From contig JAJYED010000001.1 in the NCBI GenBank assembly GCA_021790305.1, positions 11,844-75,843 on the forward strand: DNA of 64,000 nucleotides, given 5' to 3'. Under the pieces are notes generated by a model that saw only the letters and a program-made list of their open reading frames with translations, had not been told where the DNA came from and made no database searches. Source of the stretch: Candidatus Micrarchaeota archaeon. GTDB lineage: Archaea; Micrarchaeota; Micrarchaeia; Micrarchaeales; CABMGC01. Made by a program: the position numbers and the translations under genes. Below, one piece after another: positions 43,101 to 54,364 of this stretch. The stretch's first letter is position 1. Each line of letters opens with the position of its first letter.

Positions 43101-43994
43101 ATGGCCGGCACCGACTCAATAGAGTTCTTTGCAAACTATGATGGCTGGGCAGAGAGCCGCAGCATGGATATAACTGATTCTACAAAGCCTTCGGAGATAG
43201 CCCACGAGCTTGCAGTAATAAGAGAAGCAATAGATAGAAAAGCATTTGATATACTGGGAATAGATACAAAATCTCTTGATGCTTATTCCGAAAGGTTCTC
43301 AAAACAGGCGCCTAAGAACGATTACAAGTCCCTTGCAGTAATATACAAGTCTCTCGGCTCGGCAGAAGCTGATTCTGAGATAACGAAAGCGGCAAAAGGA
43401 AGAGAGGAGCTGAAACCTTTTGCAAAGGTCTATCTTCTAAGAACGACTGCAAAGATGTTAGGGCTAGGCTGGTATGTTCCATCAGACAACAAGGCGATAG
43501 CCTGCAAGACAAAAGCACAGGCTAATGGGAAGCCACCGTATACTGGAGTGGCGCTGATGGCAAAGTACAAGGACTGGATCTCTATAAAGAAGCTATCAAT
43601 AGACAAGGAGACAAAACCTGAAGAGGTGGCTGCACAGCTTACATCAATAAGAATGGCGGTTGACAGGAAGCTGCCGCAGATAATGGGTATAAACACCGAA
43701 GAGCTTGATATTTACGCTGACGACTCTACGAATAACATGAGGAAGAGCGTAGCAAACATAGAAAAGATAGTAAATATTCTATGCAGCAGCGACACAAAGA
43801 AGATAATAGATGCTGCAATACCTTCTGAATCAGTAAGAGGCATAGCTGTCATATACCTATTTGGCAGGATGCTGCAGAACATAAAGGTTGATTTAGAGGT
43901 AAGCCCTGATACTCTGGAGAGCATGTTCCCCGGCCTGAAGATACCAAAGCCGAAGGGAAGGATGCCCGGGCAGAAGAAAAAGCAGAAGAAGTGA
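43101..43994 (+). CDS. 297-aa protein with an internal duplication and a Lys-rich tail
   Basis: Repeat 1 (FANYDGWAESRSMDITDSTKPSEIAHELAVIREAIDRKAFDILGIDTKSLDAYSE) matches repeat 2 (MAKYKDWISIKKLSIDKETKPEEVAAQLTSIRMAVDRKLPQIMGINTEELDIYAD). The protein ends PKPKGRMPGQKKKQKK. Confidence 0.55.
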   Translation: MAGTDSIEFFANYDGWAESRSMDITDSTKPSEIAHELAVIREAIDRKAFDILGIDTKSLDAYSERFSKQAPKNDYKSLAVIYKSLGSAEADSEITKAAKGREELKPFAKVYLLRTTAKMLGLGWYVPSDNKAIACKTKAQANGKPPYTGVALMAKYKDWISIKKLSIDKETKPEEVAAQLTSIRMAVDRKLPQIMGINTEELDIYADDSTNNMRKSVANIEKIVNILCSSDTKKIIDAAIPSESVRGIAVIYLFGRMLQNIKVDLEVSPDTLESMFPGLKIPKPKGRMPGQKKKQKK

Positions 43995-44042
43995 ATAAGC
44001 AAGGTATATAGATTATCCCTGTTTTTAATAATACTAAATCAA

Positions 44043-44115
44043 GGGGAGTTAGGCTAGCTTGGTAGGCTTCAAGCTTTGGGAGCTTGCGACCCGTGTTCAA
44101 ATCACGGACTCCCCA
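44043..44115 (+). tRNA. tRNA-Pro (anticodon UGG)
   Basis: Manual cloverleaf. The acceptor GGGGAGT pairs with ACTCCCC. The anticodon arm is CAAGC-TTTGGGA-GCTTG. The T arm is CCGTG-TTCAAAT-CACGG and the discriminator is A. No CCA is encoded, and a T-run follows. Confidence 0.9.
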
Positions 44116-44256
44116 GATTTTTTCATTGGTGTTATGCCTAACCACTATTTCTGATATATCTCTAGGATTTGACGTGTAATGCTATTCGAAGTGCAGATGA
44201 ATATTCAGCCAGAACCAGTTATAACACATAATCTTACATAATTATAATCTACCAAA

Positions 44257-45177
44257 TTACGAAGGAAACTTTTTGACAGTTTCTATTATTGGCTTACTAT
44301 CAAGATAGTCAAGAGTTATCTTTTCTAACAAACTGAAACGCCATTTTTGTATTTTTGGTTTACCTATAATCCTTGCTGCTGCCCATATAGTTTTTGCAAG
44401 CATAAAATCATCTTGATATTCTGATAATTCAGGATAGCCATTTCCAGAATAGATATTGTCCATTGCCTTAAAATAAGTATCAAACTGCTTTTTGGTAAAA
44501 CCATAAGGCCTTATGCTCTCATAATTGCCTTCTTTCGGAAAGAGGTATATCTGATAAATATTGCCGACCAAGTCATAACCGGCATATCCATTAAATACAT
44601 ATCCAAAATCAATTATCCCTTTAGGAAGAATATTGTGTGGGTTCAAATCTCCGTGTGTCAAAACAACTGGAAACGCAGAAACTCGCTTTGTTATTTTATT
44701 GAAAGCTTCAATAAGTTCATCTTTAAATTGAGGAAAGTCGTCTAAAATGTAATTCATATAAATTCCGCAGTAAAAATCTTTATCATGTTTTTTAGTGGTT
44801 GCTGTGGATAACTGCGCCTCAGCAAATTGTCTAGTTAGACTTAAAAATGTAGAGAAATTACGATTAGAAATGTTGCCATACTTCTTGTAATCTTCCGAGA
44901 AAAGGTAGGTTAAAAGCGAAGTTCCTACTGACTTCTCAATATAAAAGTATTGGCCGTCTATTTCGCCTTCACGCAAAACCTCGGGAATAGGAAATCCATG
45001 AGCCAATAGCTGTCTATGTATCTGTAACTCCTTTCGAATAAGATCATGTTTGCCTATTCTAAGAAAAGCATCCCTGCTGCTATAAATTGAGACAGGATCG
45101 TATACTCTTGTCCTTAGAAATTTAAATGTCTGATCTTCTATTATCAGTCGTTTTGGTGTGGTCTTTTCTTTTAGCAT
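44257..45177 (-). CDS. Aminoglycoside/choline-kinase-like phosphotransferase (APH family fold)
   Basis: Catalytic loop LTHGDLNPHNIL followed by IIDFGY (a DFG-like motif). The gene is visibly more AT-rich than its neighbours. Confidence 0.68.
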   Translation of the reverse strand: MLKEKTTPKRLIIEDQTFKFLRTRVYDPVSIYSSRDAFLRIGKHDLIRKELQIHRQLLAHGFPIPEVLREGEIDGQYFYIEKSVGTSLLTYLFSEDYKKYGNISNRNFSTFLSLTRQFAEAQLSTATTKKHDKDFYCGIYMNYILDDFPQFKDELIEAFNKITKRVSAFPVVLTHGDLNPHNILPKGIIDFGYVFNGYAGYDLVGNIYQIYLFPKEGNYESIRPYGFTKKQFDTYFKAMDNIYSGNGYPELSEYQDDFMLAKTIWAAARIIGKPKIQKWRFSLLEKITLDYLDSKPIIETVKKFPS

Positions 45178-45278
45178 TGTATTATCACTTTAACGCATTG
45201 CCCTTTTACATTTTTAATAATTCTCTAATGATAAAGTATCAAGATAGGCTTAAATATCACGTATAACTAAATAAGATT

Positions 45279-45584
45279 ATGGCAGAGGGGTTAGTCACAA
45301 AAAAGCAGGAGGCATCAGAAGCCGCAGGGATGAAGCGTCTTTTCAAGGCTGCAAGGCGAATAGCCACTACCAGTGCTGAAAAAACAGCTGTGCTTGGTCC
45401 GACAATGCAGAATAACCTGACGATACTGAGTACCTGTGGATGCGGAAGCTGTCCCAGGTGTGCCGTAAATGCAGTTGTAGTTACTGCAAATACTGTAATG
45501 GCTTTAGTGGGACTTAGACGAAAAGAAAAAAGGCCAGAGCATGTTGGGCATGACCACTCTGCACATGACCACAAGCATGAGTAA
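45279..45584 (+). CDS. Small Cys-cluster and His-rich-tail protein (possible metal binding)
   Basis: Contains CGCGSCPRC and the C-terminal HVGHDHSAHDHKHE. It competes with an antisense ORF (45257-45574), and I prefer this strand on composition. Confidence 0.4.
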   Translation: MAEGLVTKKQEASEAAGMKRLFKAARRIATTSAEKTAVLGPTMQNNLTILSTCGCGSCPRCAVNAVVVTANTVMALVGLRRKEKRPEHVGHDHSAHDHKHE

Positions 45585-45647
45585 AACCGATATGCCCTTC
45601 AGAATACTCAACAGTATTCAGGCATTTACGTAGCTGCCTTTTCCACA

Positions 45648-46322
45648 TTATGACATTGCCTTTGACTTGTTTCCGTTCAGCACATCGTTAAGGCGCTTGT
45701 TTGCTTCCTGCCAGTTTATATTGTCAAGGAAGACCTTGACATAAGCTCCTTTGTCAGTGCCATAGTCCATGGCATACGAATGCTCCCAGCAGTCAAGCGC
45801 AATTACCACATCCTGTGCTATTGCAGGGACGTTTATGCTGTGCTCGTTTATGACCCAGTTGTGCAGCTGGTTCCTGTTCCTATCAACCGTTACGAGCACC
45901 CATCCAGGGGTAGAGGCTGCATCTGCCTTTGTCTCAGCCTTCCACTTGTCTATACCGCCAAAAGACGCATTCAACAGGCTCTTGAACTGGTCGTCAGGCT
46001 CGTTTACAGGCTCAAGATTCTCAAAATAAGCCTTGTGCAGATAGCTGGCGTTGTATGCGACTATCTCCCTGCGCTTCAGCTCGCTGTAGCTGCCGTAGGT
46101 GAAATTTGCGTTCTTGCTCAGTATCTCAGGATCAGTATCCAGCTGCTTCCTAAGATCATCCAGCTTCTGCTCTATTTCATTGAGCTTCTTAACATATCCT
46201 TCATAAAGGCCTATATGCGCCTTTATCAGTTTAGGCGTCAGTCCCTTTACTGCTCCTTCCTGCAAAAGTGCTGAAAAATCCTTTATCTTGTGTTCTACTA
46301 GCATTCCACTCACACTATACAA
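45648..46322 (-). CDS. sod: Fe/Mn-type superoxide dismutase family protein
   Basis: The C-terminal signature DCWEHSYAMDY matches D-x-W-E-H-x-Y. The putative ligand His residues lie in KAHIGLY and SYLHKAYF. TTG start. Confidence 0.72.
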   Translation of the reverse strand: MYSVSGMLVEHKIKDFSALLQEGAVKGLTPKLIKAHIGLYEGYVKKLNEIEQKLDDLRKQLDTDPEILSKNANFTYGSYSELKRREIVAYNASYLHKAYFENLEPVNEPDDQFKSLLNASFGGIDKWKAETKADAASTPGWVLVTVDRNRNQLHNWVINEHSINVPAIAQDVVIALDCWEHSYAMDYGTDKGAYVKVFLDNINWQEANKRLNDVLNGNKSKAMS

Positions 46323-46403
46323 TTACAACCAAGTTATATAAATTTTACAAATACTTTCAGTAACCTTTGGTATCCAGGAAGCGTATGCATATCTGAACAT
46401 GTG

Positions 46404-46934
46404 TCAGTGCCTTAGCAGAATAGAGAACATCTCATCAAGCTTTCCGTCATTCTTAATGCCAAGTACTGTGTGCTCTTTTATCGCAGGACTTGCATCTCCG
46501 TCTATATCAAAACGGTATCCCTTCAGTTTTGCGAAGCGGTCGCTGTACACTGAGAGTATCATTGGCATATATCCTTTGTACACGAAGACGGTATCCTCAA
46601 CTCCATAAGCATTCTTGGGCACATCCCTGCCAATCTGCAAAAGTTCCCCTCTTCTGCTGAATGTACAGTACTCGCTGAACTCATCGATGCCGAAGCCATT
46701 AATATAAAAGCTGTCTCCTTTCAGGCTGTTCCTGAATCTCAGAGCCATTCTTGAGCTTCCGTATGCTCTTGCCAGTATCTCCTTATAATCTACGGACCTG
46801 AGGTCATGTTCAACAAGAAGCTTCAACGACTCAGTGCAGTTGGCATGGGCATGGATCTTAAATATTCCTGATTGTGATATCTCCCTGAATTCCAGACTTT
46901 TACTGCCAATGCCGCTCTTTATCATGCTACCCAT
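46404..46934 (-). CDS. ~170-aa family protein, member E (divergent)
   Basis: 176 aa. It carries KEILARAYGSSRMALRF and SFYINGFGI in the same order as the family motifs. Confidence 0.45.
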   Translation of the reverse strand: MGSMIKSGIGSKSLEFREISQSGIFKIHAHANCTESLKLLVEHDLRSVDYKEILARAYGSSRMALRFRNSLKGDSFYINGFGIDEFSEYCTFSRRGELLQIGRDVPKNAYGVEDTVFVYKGYMPMILSVYSDRFAKLKGYRFDIDGDASPAIKEHTVLGIKNDGKLDEMFSILLRH

Positions 46935-46948
46935 AATGACCCTGCTAA

Positions 46949-47479
46949 TTAACTTCTCCTGAATCTTGCCAAGTCCCTGCCGTCATGATCCAATGCACCT
47001 TTGTCCACCACATAAGCTATCTTCGCCTCTACTGCTGAAGGATAATGCCATGTACTTATGTTCAGGCAGCCCCCTCCGAACATACTGTCTATTGTAACTG
47101 CACCTCCCCCTTTGTTATGGAAGGACCTTCTCTCTTCAGGCAGTTTGTAGAACTTAGACCTCGATACAGTTCTGAACGAATAATCATCAAGTATCTCCTT
47201 GTATCCTGCAGTATCAAGGCCATTATGTCTGACCCATACGCTGTCATTATGCAGCATCTTCCTGAAAGGTCGGGAGTGCACATATGCCTCTACCGCTTCT
47301 GCAAGGCTTATCTGCCTGCGACCATCAGGCACGAGGAATTGCATCATTCTACTATCTACTGCCCTATCCGTTATCCCTATTTTATAAGTATCATTTCCAA
47401 TAACAAAGCTGCAGTATTCGTGCTTCTCCACTGCAAATCTCGCATCTGCCTTAAACTGACGAGTCAAGGTGGTCATCAT
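46949..47479 (-). CDS. ~170-aa family protein, member F
   Basis: Motifs EAVEAYVHSRPFRKML, YKLPEERRSF and AKIAYVVD. Confidence 0.55.
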   Translation of the reverse strand: MMTTLTRQFKADARFAVEKHEYCSFVIGNDTYKIGITDRAVDSRMMQFLVPDGRRQISLAEAVEAYVHSRPFRKMLHNDSVWVRHNGLDTAGYKEILDDYSFRTVSRSKFYKLPEERRSFHNKGGGAVTIDSMFGGGCLNISTWHYPSAVEAKIAYVVDKGALDHDGRDLARFRRS

Positions 47480-47523
47480 TATCTATCAGATGGATATACT
47501 GCCTGATTTATAAAATTAGCGTA

Positions 47524-48774
47524 ATGCTTCCAGATACCTTTTATAAGATTCACTATTTTGTTATAATGGGAATAACAAATACTAGGATTATACATTGCTC
47601 CAATGGGATTGCAATGATGGAGACATATAAAGTTTATCCGAACGGATTGCGGAAGCTGGATCGGGCAGGTATAACCACGAGGATAGAGACACTAAGGCAA
47701 GAGGAGCTTAAAAAGTATCGCATGTCTGCTGTCTCTCTGGATGATATAAGGCGTGCTGTCGGCAGGATGGAAGGGGAGGGCCATCTGAGAAACATGGAGA
47801 AAAACGAGAGGAACGAGTACAAGCAATTTCTTTACAGGGCTGCAAGAGAGGAAGACTTCTACTGGACAACAAACAGGAAAGGCGGAAAGCTAAAGGAACG
47901 CGCAGTAGCAGAAGATTTCTACCTGTTAAGCGGTGTAAGGAATCTCGCAGTCCTTCATGATAACGAACTATTCGACTATAAAAAATTTAATTTCGACAGT
48001 ATCTTTGAGTTTACGGGAACAGTGGGATCCGCACTGGAGATCGTATCAAAGGCCAACGGGTGGAGATACGGTTTGCCCTGGAATACTCGGAGGGAGAATA
48101 AGAGAACCATATCAAGCATAGTGACAAGCGACGGGGCAGGGGAGATGAGGATATTCCAACAGGATATAACTCCATACGAAACGACAGACCCTTTCGGAAA
48201 GAGGGTATACTACAGAAGGCTGGGAATTGCTGATAAAAAAGCCGTTGAAGCTTCGTCGTCTACTGAGAGCTATCTCCTTATCTCAATACTAAAGTATGTA
48301 GAGCAGCTTGGACTCAGGCCCGATATACTGGAGAAGGGCGCTGTGACTACCAATCAGTATATAACAAATATCAGCCAGATGGAAATGGCAAAACAACACA
48401 AAATAGCAGATAGAGCTTCCGAATCTATAAAGGCACTATTCAGTACATGGGAGATTCCACTACCTAAAGTGTCTGAAGGCAAGGTAAAGGATAGTAAATT
48501 CGCGCACTTCATACAATCAACATTGGGAGGGGGCTATAACATATGCATAAGTGAAAACAATGAGCTTGTGATAGGCAGGAAGATAAGAAATGAGATAGAT
48601 GTGGAGAATTCTGTGACCTTCCTTCCAGAGGATACCAATAATCTGATCAAGAGCCTGCTATATCAGGCTGCCAGAGGGTTGGGAAGGACTACGGAGAGGC
48701 AACTGCTTGACATACTAGAGTACAGATACTCTTCAAAGATGAAAGATGGGTATAAACTTGTTGCACGGAAGTAA
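47524..48774 (+). CDS. Hypothetical ~400-aa soluble protein
   Basis: Long ORF with coding-like composition. No motif recognised. The true start is possibly the internal MMETYKV. Confidence 0.5.
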   Translation: MLPDTFYKIHYFVIMGITNTRIIHCSNGIAMMETYKVYPNGLRKLDRAGITTRIETLRQEELKKYRMSAVSLDDIRRAVGRMEGEGHLRNMEKNERNEYKQFLYRAAREEDFYWTTNRKGGKLKERAVAEDFYLLSGVRNLAVLHDNELFDYKKFNFDSIFEFTGTVGSALEIVSKANGWRYGLPWNTRRENKRTISSIVTSDGAGEMRIFQQDITPYETTDPFGKRVYYRRLGIADKKAVEASSSTESYLLISILKYVEQLGLRPDILEKGAVTTNQYITNISQMEMAKQHKIADRASESIKALFSTWEIPLPKVSEGKVKDSKFAHFIQSTLGGGYNICISENNELVIGRKIRNEIDVENSVTFLPEDTNNLIKSLLYQAARGLGRTTERQLLDILEYRYSSKMKDGYKLVARK

Positions 48775-48829
48775 GAGCGATTAACGATAAATATTTTAAC
48801 TTGCGCAGAGAATAAACTCCGTATATAAT

Positions 48830-51611
<2,782 letters not shown>

Positions 51612-51615
51612 TCGG

Positions 51616-51750
51616 TTATGAATCTCCTGAGCCGCAGTTGCAATAACCGAGTTCATCAACCCTGCCTTTGCAGATGGGGCACTTTATCTCAAGAAACTCT
51701 ACTTCGTGGAATTCCTTTCCATACATCCTTACGTGCTCATCCTCTTTCAT
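51616..51750 (-). CDS. 44-aa CPxCG-type zinc-ribbon mini-protein (below the track cutoff)
   Basis: MKEDEHVRMYGKEFHEVEFLEIKCPICKGRVDELGYCNCGSGDS, found by hand translation. It has CPxC and CxC pairs. Confidence 0.4.
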   Translation of the reverse strand: MKEDEHVRMYGKEFHEVEFLEIKCPICKGRVDELGYCNCGSGDS

Positions 51751-51811
51751 AGCTATCAATTAAAATATTAGATTTTACATATTTATTACTTTCTATTCAT
51801 ATAATCCATGC

Positions 51812-51886
51812 GGGTCCGTAACTCAGTTTGGCTAGAGTGGAAGGCTTTTAACCTTTAAGTCGTGGGTTCAAATCCCACCGGGCCCG
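51812..51886 (+). tRNA. tRNA-Lys (anticodon UUU)
   Basis: Manual cloverleaf. The acceptor GGGTCCG pairs with CGGGCCC. The D arm is ACTC/GAGT. The anticodon arm is GAAGG-CTTTTAA-CCTTT. The T arm is GTGGG-TTCAAAT-CCCAC and the discriminator is G. Confidence 0.9.
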
Positions 51887-51994
51887 TAGACATACGACAG
51901 TTCTTTCACAGAATAAAACGAGTAAAATTGCAGATTAAATTTATTAATCAGAGTAATCTACCTCCTTTGAGATATTAAACATGCAAGTGTTACT

Positions 51995-52594
51995 ATGGAT
52001 AATGCAAAAGTCTTCAGGGAAAGACCACAAAAGCTAATGTTCTCTGAAAGAGAGGTTTTTGTAGATGATATACAAAGAGTCATGCCTGCAGGGTACAGGC
52101 AGGTATATGTAAAGGAGATAGCATCACTATTCTTCCACAACGCCGAATTCAGAGAGGAACTTAGGACTGCAGGAGCCGTATGGACTGCAGATAAGGGGAC
52201 CAAGAACATGGGAGTATTCAGAATAAACGCAGAAGGCTTGTTTCTGCCTACGAATAAGGAGGAGGTAAGGTCGCTACCAGAAGGGCACTATTCTGCCCAC
52301 TATCCAGGGATCGGACAGGTGATAGTAAGGTGTTACAATTGCTATGACAAAATCGGAATGTATATAGACGCGGAATACAAACCGTCTAAAACAGCCAAAG
52401 TTGCATATGTAAAAGACGAAAACGCTAAGCCTGACCATCAAAATAAAACGACAGTAGCTATACCTGCGGAAGAGATAAATGCCGTAAAGGAATCCCTTAA
52501 GGCAGTTGAAGCGTCAATCAAAAGGATGCCTCATACAAGTGAACTGATTGTATTCATAAGCAATGTAAAGGAACTTTTACGAGATAGAACCTAA
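51995..52594 (+). CDS. ~170-aa family protein, member G (with a C-terminal helical extension)
   Basis: Motifs KEIASLFFHNAEFREEL, VFRINAEGL, RSLPEGHYSA and AKVAYVKD. Confidence 0.55.
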   Translation: MDNAKVFRERPQKLMFSEREVFVDDIQRVMPAGYRQVYVKEIASLFFHNAEFREELRTAGAVWTADKGTKNMGVFRINAEGLFLPTNKEEVRSLPEGHYSAHYPGIGQVIVRCYNCYDKIGMYIDAEYKPSKTAKVAYVKDENAKPDHQNKTTVAIPAEEINAVKESLKAVEASIKRMPHTSELIVFISNVKELLRDRT

Positions 52595-52655
52595 CAAAAA
52601 CCTAACTTTTCAGAAAAGGGTTTAAATTCCAATCACTTATCTTAATTGTGATTAT

Positions 52656-53546
52656 TTGGGAAAGACTCTTGAGACAAAGAAGAAGATACTCGAACTTCTT
52701 GAAAATAAGAAGATGACAATTACTGAGCTTAGCAAGGAGCTAGGTCTATCAAAAGCTACGGTTAGCCAGCATATAGATGAACTGACAAGAGTGCACGCGG
52801 TGGAGAAAGTAGACTCGGAATACTTCAAGAAACTAAAATACTACAAGACGACCCCTAATTACTCTGCAATGTTCGCAAAGGCTATAGGGGTAGTAATTGT
52901 ACTTGGAATAGTGGCATATGCAATATACTCTTATGCGAGTATACCCTTGCATTCAAATACTAATAATGTAAGCAACAAGACAGGCTTAATTACAGCGTCT
53001 GTAACGACAGCATCATATGTTAATTCATCTGCAAACGCTACGGTAACTCCGGGGCAGATATCTTCAGCATACTCATGCATCTTCCTTAATTATCATATGA
53101 GTGGAAGCATAGTAAGCGAAAGCGGCTTTTCAGCATACACCCTGAACTATACTGTCGGCAACATGACAAAAAATGTCACCGACTATGTAATAAGCAGGGG
53201 ATCTTCAGGCAGCTTCAGGCTTGCAGAGAACATAACGCAGACGCTTTCAGAACCACAAGGATTCAACAGCACTAGGACACATTACTACCTGCTAAGGTAC
53301 AACAATAGTATAACTTCATTCCAACCGACCGGAGTAAATATAACATTCAGTCCAAAGGTCTTCCAGGCAGCAAACGGCAGCATAAACACTACGGCATACG
53401 TAAGAATCGCTGCTAATGCCACATATGGAACATACTGGATAAACTTTGACGGACCATGTGGCGGAGGAATAGGCCCTGAACTGCTGACTGTGGGAAGCAA
53501 GCCATACAATGGCACACTCCACGAGCCAGTCAACATATTCGGCTGA
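52656..53546 (+). CDS. Membrane-tethered ArsR-type wHTH protein with a sequon-rich extracellular domain
   Basis: TTG start and an HTH (MTITELSKELGLSKATVSQHIDELTRVHAVEKV). One TM follows (AIGVVIVLGIVAYAIYSYA), then a ~190-aa ectodomain with more than 12 N-x-S/T sequons. Confidence 0.6.
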   Translation: MGKTLETKKKILELLENKKMTITELSKELGLSKATVSQHIDELTRVHAVEKVDSEYFKKLKYYKTTPNYSAMFAKAIGVVIVLGIVAYAIYSYASIPLHSNTNNVSNKTGLITASVTTASYVNSSANATVTPGQISSAYSCIFLNYHMSGSIVSESGFSAYTLNYTVGNMTKNVTDYVISRGSSGSFRLAENITQTLSEPQGFNSTRTHYYLLRYNNSITSFQPTGVNITFSPKVFQAANGSINTTAYVRIAANATYGTYWINFDGPCGGGIGPELLTVGSKPYNGTLHEPVNIFG

Positions 53547-53629
53547 ATGCCTGCAGAAGCAAATCTGCAGGATTCATCTGGAACAGCAGCTAACAGCAAA
53601 CATTAAATACTTTATTGTCTTAATTATTC

Positions 53630-53746
53630 TGTCAAACGGCCATAGGAATAGGGAAACGCCCGAACCCATCCCGAACTCGGAAGCTAAGCCTGTTCACGAT
53701 ATGAAATACTGCTCGTAAGAGTGGGAAAGCATATTGCTGTTTGGCA
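53630..53746 (+). rRNA. rrf: 5S rRNA (stand-alone)
   Basis: Contains the universal CCCATCCCGAACTCGGAAGCTAAGC core. The terminal helix pairs GTCAAACGGC with GCTGTTTGGC perfectly, counting G-U pairs. No 16S or 23S rRNA is in the window. Confidence 0.9.
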
Positions 53747-53893
53747 TTATAATTAGAGATTTAGCATAAGCTCTGCTTATCAATCAAAAAGCCACCATCG
53801 GAAGCCTCCACAATTTCAATCGTGGGATGATGCCACCTATAATTAAGGCAAATAAAACAGTATCTCAAGCTAATTCTAAAGAAGCAGACCTGA

Positions 53894-54361
53894 TTATACT
53901 TTTACTTCTCCGCTCTTTATCTTTGCAATCATCTCCTTTGCACTTATGCCTTCGCAAGTTATGTTCATCGACTTGCATGTTCCTAGGATCTGATTGACTC
54001 TCTCCTTCATGCTGTTGCCATACATCTTAGACTCCTTTGCCTTGGCTACATTCTTTACCTGCTCGAGCGTTATATTGCCGGCAACCTCATCCTTGGTCTT
54101 AGCCCCTTTCTGTATCCCTATCTCCTTTAGTATAAGGGCGCTTGTAGGAGGAGCTCCTACTTCAACAGTATACTTCTTTGTAGAAGGATTGACTATAACC
54201 TTTACAGGAACCTTTACCCCTTCGAATGCCTGCGTCTTCTTGTTTATCTCTTCTATTATTGCTGCAACATTGACCCCGAGAGGGCCAAGAGCTGGGCCGA
54301 AAGGCGCACCGTTAGTAGCCTTTCCTCCTTCTATTAATCCATTTATTATAGCATCTGCCAT
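53894..54361 (-). CDS. rpl11: Ribosomal protein uL11
   Basis: GGKATNGAPFGPALGPLGVNV...PPTSALILKE matches the L11 N- and C-domain signatures. It lies downstream of Spt5. Confidence 0.92.
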   Translation of the reverse strand: MADAIINGLIEGGKATNGAPFGPALGPLGVNVAAIIEEINKKTQAFEGVKVPVKVIVNPSTKKYTVEVGAPPTSALILKEIGIQKGAKTKDEVAGNITLEQVKNVAKAKESKMYGNSMKERVNQILGTCKSMNITCEGISAKEMIAKIKSGEVKV

Positions 54362-54364
54362 TGT

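Noticed and set aside
43849-44145. 98-aa minus-strand ORF
   Set aside because: It completely overlaps tRNA-Pro and the end of the upstream gene, so it is spurious.
45225-45250. Possible att-like repeat of the tRNA-Pro 3' end (TTAAATATCACG vs TCAAATCACGG)
   Set aside because: The match is short and interrupted. It is insufficient to define an island boundary.
45257-45574. 105-aa minus-strand ORF
   Set aside because: It competes with the plus-strand Cys/His-rich ORF. Its translation is hydrophobic and low-information, and it lacks a plausible promoter spacing. It is kept only as an alternative in the corresponding finding.
53509-53718. 69-aa plus-strand ORF
   Set aside because: It overlaps the 5S rRNA gene.
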